Assembly (NCBI GenBank): GCA_951406725.2
Contig: OX597819.1
Span: 130,200,001-130,264,000 of the forward strand
DNA from: Octopus vulgaris
Taxonomy: Eukaryota
Direction of reading: 5' to 3'
Length of the DNA: 64,000 nt
Part shown: piece after piece, positions 55,460-64,000 of the stretch
Layout of the letters: each line of letters begins with the position of its first letter
How positions within the stretch are numbered: position 1 is the stretch's first letter
Translations under genes and position numbers: made by a program
The notes under the pieces: model-generated
Database searches by the model: none
The model's input: only the letters and a program-made list of their open reading frames with translations
Told to the model about the DNA's origin: nothing

Positions 55460-55655
55460 AGGTGACGAGATGGCCGAATCGTTAGCACTCCGGGCAAAAT
55501 GCTTAGCTGGCATTTCGTCCGTCCTTATGTTTCTGAGTTCAAAATCTGCCAAGGTCGACTTTGCTTGTCATCTTTTCGAAGTCGATAAAATATGTATCAG
55601 TTGAGTACTGGAGGGTCGATGTAATCGACTTATCCCCTCGCCAAAATTTGAAAGC
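55460..55655 (+). mobile_element. Diverged SINE family A (a further minus-strand remnant lies at ~55210-55370)
   Basis: aaggtcgactttgcttgtcatcttttcgaagtcgataaa. Confidence 0.75.
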
Positions 55656-55969
55656 ATGATTATTATTATTATTATTTGTTGGACGAGATTAAACGGGTTG
55701 GATACACACTTTCTTGTCTGGCCAAGTCCTCAACATTTCCAAGTTTCACTTGAAAAGGAAAATATGCTCGGAGTGGGAAGTGCTACCTTCTAGCAAATTT
55801 CTTGACATGTGAATGCGAGTGGTAACCACGGTCCAACTGAACGGTCCTGCTCTGAGCGTGTTCCTCTAAACCGGAAACTAGGAGAGGCTACTTGTCTTAG
55901 CAGCCAGAATGAGTCTGGTTTTGTGGGGTGCTTACACGTGTACCCCTCGATGGTCTCTCTCGCCTTACC

Positions 55970-56580
55970 TTTTACTTTTTAGTCATTTGACTGCGGCCAT
56001 GCTGGGGGGCACCACCTTGAACAAATCGACGGCAGGACTGATTTTATTTTAAGCCTGGTATTTACTCTATCGATCTCTTTAGCCGAACCGCTAATTTACC
56101 GGGTGGGGGGGAGATAGACACACCAGCACCAGTTGTCAAGAGGTGATGAGGTATAAACACAGACACAAAGACACACACTCATAGGTATATACAAGGGCGG
56201 CGAACTGGCACAATCGTTAGCACGCCGGGCGAAATGCGTAGCCGTATTTCGTCTGCAGTTACGTTCTGGGTTCAAATTCCGCCGAGGTTGACTTTGCCTT
56301 TCATCCTTTCGGGGTTGATAAATTAAGTACCAGTTACGCACTGGGGTCGATGTAATCGAATTAATACCTATGTCTGTCCTTGTTTGTCCTCTCTGTGTTT
56401 AGCCCCTTATGGGTAGTAAAGAAATAGGTATATACAAGTATATATGAGACGGCTTCTTTTAGTTTCCTTCTACTAAATCCACTTACAGAAAACACTTGTC
56501 GAAAGTTCCACGCAAAGGGACTGAACCTCGAATCATGTGGTTGGGAAGCAAACTTCTTATCACACAGCCACGCCTGCACC
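55970..56580 (-). mobile_element. SINE family B split by a nested family A copy
   Basis: Tail at 55970-56170, head at 56445-56580. Confidence 0.8.
56196..56426 (+). mobile_element. SINE family A with 15-bp TSD, nested in family B
   Basis: ataggtatatacaag at 56181-56195 and 56424-56438. Confidence 0.93.
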
Positions 56581-56674
56581 TTTCTCTCCTTTTATGGAAT
56601 TCTTCGTTCTTTGGATCTCCGTTAATTATTTTCCCTGTTACACGCCATTTTTATGTATTCCCACTCTATATACC

Positions 56675-57091
56675 CATTTCTTTATTACCCACAAGGGGCT
56701 AAACACAGAGAGGACAAACAAGGACAGACAAAGGGATTAAGTCGATTACATCGACCCCAGTGCGAAACTGGTACTTAATTTATCGACCCCGAAAGGATGA
56801 AAGGCAAAGTCGACCGCGGCGGAATTTGAACTCAGAACGTAACGGCAGACGAAATACCTATTTCTTTATTACCCACAAGGGGCTAAACACAGGGGGGGAC
56901 AAACAAGGACAGACACAGGTATTAAGTCGATTACATCGACCCCAGTGCGTAACTGGTAATTGATTTATCGACCCCGAAAGGATGAAAGGCAAAGTCGACC
57001 TCGGCGGAATTTGAACTCGGAACGTAACGGCAGACGAAATGCCGCTAAGCATTTCGCCCGGCGTGCTTACGATTCTACCAGCTCGCCGCCT
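56675..57091 (-). mobile_element. SINE family A dimer within a single 17-bp TSD
   Basis: ttcccactctatatacc at 56658-56674 and 57091-57107; full unit 56860-57091 plus head-truncated unit 56675-56858. Confidence 0.9.
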
Positions 57092-57427
57092 TCCCACTCT
57101 ATATACCACCCTCATGGATACGCATTGTTATCACACATGGACACGTGCATATGGGTATATTAGCATATTCAGCTCTTCCCAATCTATTGCTCCTAATATA
57201 TTTGGTTTCAAATTTTAGCACGGCACCAATGTTCGACTGGTACCTAATTTAGCGACCCAGAACGAGTTGAAAGGCACAGTAGACCTCAACGGAATTTGAA
57301 CTCAGAACGTAAACACCGACGAAATGCAGCTAGCCATTTTGCCCGGCGTGCTTAACGATGCCGCCAGCTCGCTACTTTACGCTCCTTATATATTCACTAA
57401 CATATATAAATTAACAGCAACAGGGAC

Positions 57428-57481
<54 letters not shown>

Positions 57482-58246
57482 GGTGGTGGTGGTGGTGGTG
57501 GTGGTGGTAGTAGTAGTAGTAGTAGGAGGAGGAGGAGGAGGAGGAGGAAGAGGAGGAGAGTGCCACAAAATTGATAAACTATGACAAATTTACATAATTT
57601 CAATATTGCCTGTACTTGCATATACATATATCTGTATGTCTGTCTCTATGTATGTATGTATGTATGTATATGTGTATGTATGTATATGTGTGCATATATG
57701 TATATATATGTATGTGTGTATGTATATATATATATATTCATATATTCACATATGTATACGCACATATAATCACATACATATTGACACATATGGGCTATGT
57801 GTGCGTGCACATCACACACAACACTCACACACAAGCACACTCACACACGTTTACGCGTGTATATACATTGAATTGAACTGGTACCAGATTTTACCTACCA
57901 GCTCCAAAATGAAAGAAGTTCAATCACCTTAACTATGGAATGACATAGAAAGCATAACTGAAATCTTTAGCAGCACGCAATCCTTTCAAAAAAGAAACAA
58001 AAATACCCAAAACACGCAACTATGGAACGACAACAGAGGCATAATTGAAATCTTTAACAGCACGCAACAAGTAGGGCGTTACGCTTTAATCAAACTTAAC
58101 TATGGAAAAACTTAAAAGAAATGACGAATTCTTCCACAATGAAACAAAGTTATGAAGAAGAAATTTATGTCCCACGATTTAAATATAAATGTTTATAAAA
58201 AGTGGGTTAGTTACGGTCCCAGTTGGTCTCATAAATATAATACTAA

Positions 58247-58478
58247 AAGGCGGTCAGCTGGCAGAATCGTAAGCACGCCGGGCGAAGTGCTTTGCAGTAT
58301 TTCGTCCGCCGTTGCGTTCTGAGTTCAAATTCCGCCGAGGTCGACTTTGCCTTTCATCCTTTCGGGGTCGATAAATTAAGTACCAGTTACGCACTGGGGT
58401 CGATGCAATCGACTTAATCCGTTTGTCTGTTCTGGTTTGTCCCCTCTGCATTTAGCCCCTTGTGGGCAATAAAGAAAT
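58247..58478 (+). mobile_element. Full-length SINE family A with 15-bp TSD
   Basis: atataatactaaaag at 58235-58249 and 58479-58493. Confidence 0.93.
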
Positions 58479-58828
58479 ATATAATACTAAAAGCAATCGA
58501 ATTGTAGAAATGTTAAAGAGTCTGACAAAATGGTTTACTGTATTTATTGAAAGCGCTTTACATTCTGAGTTCGAATCCATTCGAAATTAATTGATCTTGG
58601 CTTTTGTCCATCTGGGTTGTCGATAAACCAAATTCCTGCGAAATACTTTGGTCGAAATATGCAACTGTTTGGCTCTGAAACTCTGAGACTTTGTCGTATG
58701 TAAGAAACTTTGCTCCTCCTCCTCCTCTCATCCTCCACCTCCTCTCATCCTCCACCTCCTCTCATCCTCCACCTCCTCTCATCCTCCCCATCCTCTCCTC
58801 CCCCTTCCTCCTCCTCCTCCTCCTCCTC

Positions 58829-58882
<54 letters not shown>

Positions 58883-58983
58883 TTACAACTACAATCACCA
58901 CCACTACCATTACCACCACTACTACTACTTTCAGTAAATGGTGAAATTATATTCGTTTTGACTTCTCTACGATCTTCTTAGGC

Positions 58984-59020
<37 letters not shown>

Positions 59021-59354
59021 TGGTGTTGTTGTTGTTATTATTATTATTATTATTATTATAATTATTATTATTATTAAATGTGTTATTGTCTGAGCCCTTT
59101 GATCCTAATGCAATTGCACACTTTGATTGAAGCTGTAATTTTAATGAAATAACATAATTAGGTCCTTTGCATAAGATCTTACAGTTGAAAGTCAAACGAT
59201 ATATTTGAAAATTGACTCGCATCAAATATACTAGAGTACGCTTAAGGTTAACCAGTATATTCATTTATATAATAGTAATAATAATAATAATATTAATAAT
59301 AATAATAATAATAATGATGATGATGATGATGATGATGATAATAATAATAATAAC

Positions 59355-59384
<30 letters not shown>

Positions 59385-59385
<1 letters not shown>

Positions 59386-59941
59386 GCCCTGATGCAGTAC
59401 CAGACAGTGGCTCTCATGGCTTCTGATCTTAACTGATTGGAAATGTTATCATGTACAGTTTTGTCTTGGTATAAAAGATGGGCTACAGCAAATATTCTGC
59501 TCAATACCACAGATTTGCTTCTCAGTTGTTTGACCTTAACCAGTTGAGCATGTCCCTTAGTGGCTGACGATATGTGCATCTCTGATCACGAGCAGAAGTA
59601 GTGGGGGGGGGGGCACCATAGAAATGTGTTGAGAGGAATTCTTTGGCTTTGAATATTTCACCTCTGGAAACATGGGTGTTTCGTTCAACACCCTTAAACA
59701 ACCCTTATTCAGGGACCTATTGAGCAGGATGGGCTACTCGACCTGAAGAAAATTCTAACTGGGCCCCACCTGCAAGGTCATGTGCTGTTTATCTTGATAT
59801 GAGATCACCATGTCGCGCACATATGGTTGTGATGCATGTGCCTAGTGTACACTTATTAGATGGGTTGTCATGACGGGTATACTGGGCTTCGTATATTTGT
59901 ACCCCAGTGTCACTTTGATGGCATGCACTGCTCTCTCACTC
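59385..59941 (+). mobile_element. ~550-bp non-coding dispersed repeat, copy 2, flanked by (AAT)n
   Basis: Colinear with 15290-15838. Confidence 0.9.
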
Positions 59942-60165
59942 AATAATAATGATGATGATGATGATAGATGCGGTAAAGTGTGACTGCGAGGTTAAGAAGC
60001 TCGCTTTGCAATTATGCGGTTTTGTGTTCGGTGTCATCATGCGACAACTTGGACAAGTGTCTACTACTATAGCTCTGGGCCGACAAACACCTGAAGACAG
60101 AAACTGTGCGGAAACCCGTTGTATACATACATGCATACATACATGTGTGTGTATGTGTGTGTGTA

Positions 60166-60770
60166 TTGGGTCATCCCATAGATAATGCGGTTTTTTCAAT
60201 TGCATGAACTAAAAGTCGGAGGGGGACGGGATTAACTACCTGCATAAACTTGGTATAAAAGCAGGTAGTAATTTTACCTTCTGCTTATTCTTAGTACAAG
60301 TTTTGAAGAATGTAGTTCAATTTTAACAGTTATTTTTTCAAAGCTATAATGGAAGTGACAAAGGAGCATATTCGGCCTATTTTGCTTTATGAGTTCAATA
60401 AAGTCGTCAACGCAACGGAAAGTGTGAGGAATATTAATGCATTATATGAGTAATGGACAATAAGCATAAGCCAGTGTCGATAATGGTTCCAGAAATTCCG
60501 AGCCGGAAACTGCAGAATAGAAGATGAACCACATCCTGTAAGATTTGTAGAGCTCGACAGGAACGTCTTGCAAAGCCTGCCGGAACAAAATCCCATTGTA
60601 ATTGTTCAGGAACTAGCAGAGAAGCTTGGATTTGGTCATTCACCCATTCATCAACACCTGCGTGCCATCGGAAAAGTCAGTAAAATGGGTCAATGGGTTC
60701 CTCACAAACTTTCCCAGTCATATCGCGCGCAGAGAGTGAATGTGTGCTCTTCTTTGTTGTCACGTCAAAC
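60166..60770 (+). mobile_element. 3'-truncated mariner transposon with pseudogenised transposase N-terminus
   Basis: TA followed by putative left TIR ttgggtcatcccat; ATG at 60349: MEVTKEHIRPILLYEFNK...WFQKFRAGN..IEDEP...QELAEKLG...HLRAIGKVSKMGQWVPHKL, with frameshifts and stops. Confidence 0.9.
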
Positions 60771-61095
60771 GAATATAACCGCCATCTAGCGGTGTTAAAA
60801 GGCGAGGGGAGAAACGGGCAAGGGTGATAACTCCAGTGAAATCAATCCATTTAAGCTTTTGGAAAGTATACAAGGTGCAGTATTCTTTTGTTCCATTACT
60901 CGTTCCAGGCATTTGACTGCGGCCATGCTGGAGTACCGTATTAATAAAAGTAACTTTCTTTCCCGAGACATGTAGGCTCATAAGAGCAGGTTTCCCGGTT
61001 TCATGGCGTATATATTCGCCACCTGCACGGTGAGTATATTGAGTGGATTTGGTAGACGAAACTGGAAGAAACCCGCAGTGTGTATATATATATCA

Positions 61096-61145
<50 letters not shown>

Positions 61146-61187
61146 TATGTATGTATGTATGTATGTATGTATGTATATAAATATATT

Positions 61188-61420
61188 CTTTTACACGTTT
61201 CAGTAATTTAACTGTGGCCATGCTGGAGCAGACTGAGACCATGATGGATACCGCCTTGGGGAATTTTAGTTGAACGAGTGTGACTCTAGTACTAATTTTT
61301 TGATAGCCTAGTACTTATATCGGTGTCTTTTACGAAATCGCTAAGGTACGGGAACGTAAACACACCAATACCGGTTGTCATGCGATGGTGGGAGACAAAC
61401 ATAAACACAAAGACAAACAC
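61188..61420 (-). mobile_element. SINE family B tail remnant (head remnant at ~62225-62390)
   Basis: tttcagtaatttaactgtggccatgctggagc; cttctttcagtttccgtgaaccaaatccattcacaaggc. Confidence 0.7.
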
Positions 61421-62013
61421 ACACATACACACATACATACATACATGCACATATATATATATATGTGTGTGTGTATGTATATGTGCATGTAGGAATGTAT
61501 ACATAACTATATGTAACTATATATGTGTGAATTTTCATATATATCCATATATATAGTATATGTAAGTGTGTGTGTGTGTGTATACGCACACATACACATA
61601 CATATATACATATATGAATACGCCTTCTCTCTCCATTTCTTAGAATTCTTAGTTGGCGTCATTTCTTTTTTATTCTTTAAGCTTTGATTCCGATTCAATT
61701 GTCCATTTTGATTGCAACAGTAATTTATAAGGGAATTAAATAATTAGATCATTTACATATGATCTTTCAGTTGAAAGTCAAATGATATATTTCAAATGGA
61801 TTCACATTAAGTATATTAGATTATATGTATATATATATACATGTACATGTGAGATGTATGTACTTATGTGTGTAAGTATATGTGTGTGAGCGTGCGTATG
61901 TATGTACATACGTGCAGAGAACGAGATGGAGTGAGAATCAAGCTGGATAGATAATGCGACAGGTAGGCAGATAAGCAGAGAGAAAGATAGGCAGATTCAG
62001 CAGACAGACAGAC

Positions 62014-62084
<71 letters not shown>

Positions 62085-62982
62085 CAGACAGAGAAAGAGA
62101 GAGGTGGGGATAAAAGGATCTAGAGAAAGACAGTGAATAGATTTGAAGAATTTAGTTGATACATGTATTTATATATACATGCACACACACACACACATCC
62201 AGACTTATGTATGTATACATGTATATACGACGAGCTTCTTTCAGTTTCCGTGAACCAAATCCATTCACAAGGCTTTAGTTGGGGCGGGACTATAGTAGAA
62301 GACACTTGCCTAATGTGCCATGCAGTGGAACTGAACCCAAGACTACATGGTTGGGAAGCTAGTATCGTGCCCCCTGAGCCACACCTGTGTCTGTATGACA
62401 TTTTTATTTAATCTTAACAAGATCACATCTCTGATGTTTAGGACATATCTCTATGTATTAATCGTATAAACCATATCTCATATCTATGCTATATATTTAT
62501 ATAAAACTTAACTTTACATCTCAAATTCTTTAGAACAGTTGGAAGAGCCAGTTGTTGGATATGGCTCAAAAGAAATGATAAAATCTAGTTGGAGATGTGA
62601 TGTGTGTGTGTGAGGCAGGGATCTATCTGTTGGCTTATATTGGAAGTTAAACCCGAACGACTCCACAATTTTATCATGGTAGCCATGACCCATAAATGGA
62701 ATTAAGCTGGATTTCTTGTTAGTCGATCCAGTTGGTGGGGTATCGTATTAGTAAGTTGGAGCAGGTGCACAGTAAAACCATTGAGAGAAAGGGCCTGAAT
62801 CGGTGCGCATTCTCTCCTGGTGACCCCTGAAACCTACTGGACTCCGGAGAGCGGAGTGATTGACTGACCGCACTTGCGCATGGAACCTGTTGACAAGTTT
62901 TAAACTCCGCAGCACATCTTAGGTATTTCATTATTAATGATAATCATATTAACAACGATATTTTAAATATTAACAATATCGA

Positions 62983-63400
62983 AGGTGGTGGGGCTGGCAG
63001 AATCGTTAGCACGCCGGGCTAAATGATTAGCGTTATTTCGTCTGCCGCTACGTTCTGGGTTCAAATTCCGCCGAGGTCGACTTTGCCTTTCATCCTTTCG
63101 GGGTCGATAAATTAAGTACCAGTTGCGCACTGGGGTCGACGTAATCGACTGAATACTTTTGTCTGTCCTTGTTTGTCCCCTCTATGTTTAGCCCCTTGTG
63201 GGCAATAAAGAAATAAGAATCGTTAACACGCTGGGAAAAATGCTTAGTGGCATTTGTTCTGAGTTCAATTTCCGACGAGGTTGACTGTGCCTTTCAACCT
63301 TTCGGGGTCGATAAAATGGGTACTAGTTGAGCACCAGGATCGATGTAATCGACTTACCAATTCCCCAAAATCTCTGGCCCTGTACCAAAATTTGAAATCA
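62983..63400 (+). mobile_element. Young SINE family A copy followed directly by an older headless copy
   Basis: Unit 1 ends aaagaaata (63214); agaatcgtta(g/a)cacg is duplicated at ~62999 and ~63216. Confidence 0.88.
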
Positions 63401-63854
63401 ATATTAAATCATATTAAAAAAAACAAGTATGAAGTACTTATGAGTCTGGGTTATGTCTTCCTAACAAGTCCTCACCAGTTTCTGAGGATCTGAAAAGAGT
63501 AATCAGCACTATACTTTAACTTAAAGGCCGTAGAAAATATAATAAAATAAAGTAATTGAGTTAAAGAAAAAGTTTCGTTTTCCTTTATCTTGTAGAAATG
63601 AGTCTATAACTCACTTATATGCACAGAATCTACGTCACCTTGATTTATTCTTGATGCACTGCACAGGAAAAGAGGCTAACAGGAACTGAATAATCATCAA
63701 CTCCTGTATTTAGATTCTGCAGTAATTACTGAAATTGCATCTGCTAAATCCTATAAATTCTCTTCTGAATTATCTGTAAACAACGCTGATCTTCACACTG
63801 GTTCCCCTGGGCACCGGAAGTTTCAGAAGTTTTCTAAAAAAAAATCTTTAATTA

Positions 63855-64000
63855 TTCTTTTCTACTCTAGACACAAGGCCCGAAATTTTGGAGGAGGGGC
63901 AGTGGATTAGATCAACCCCATTGCGTAGCTGGTACTTAATTTATCGAGCCCGAAAGGATGAAAGGCGAAGTCAACCTCGGCGGAATTTGAACTCAGATCA
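63855..64000 (-). mobile_element. SINE family A at the window end
   Basis: ggtacttaatttatcgagcccgaaaggatgaaaggcgaagtcaacctcggcggaatttgaactcaga. Confidence 0.88.

Noticed and set aside
63595-63835. Possible exon in unique sequence near the window end
   Set aside because: Splice-like signals occur on both strands, but there is no consistent open frame or recognisable protein.

Overview
Repeat-saturated eukaryotic non-coding DNA (intergenic or intronic) with no recognisable intact host gene. The SINE families and the density of (TA)n/(CATA)n/(GATA)n/triplet microsatellites suggest an octopus genome; this is inferred from recalled repeat consensus sequences, not from a database search. Almost all ORFs in the supplied track are microsatellite read-through. 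Real content: (1) many copies of at least three tRNA-derived SINE families, several with exact TSDs, nesting and arrays; (2) decayed retroelements: three Penelope-like (PLE) coding remnants, a Tx1/L1 3' end inserted in (GATA)n, R4/Dong-like RLE fragments next to (TAA)n, and two RTE fragments; (3) a mariner remnant and a pogo/Tigger-type MITE. The most notable signal is a set of short, non-coding, often inverted-repeat elements embedded in (TA)n that carry minimal type I hammerhead ribozyme motifs. Five have intact canonical cores, two have a compensatory U3-A8 core, and several are degenerate relics. They are best read as PLE pseudo-LTR-derived non-autonomous (retrozyme-like) elements. All coordinates were read by eye and may be off by a few bases.
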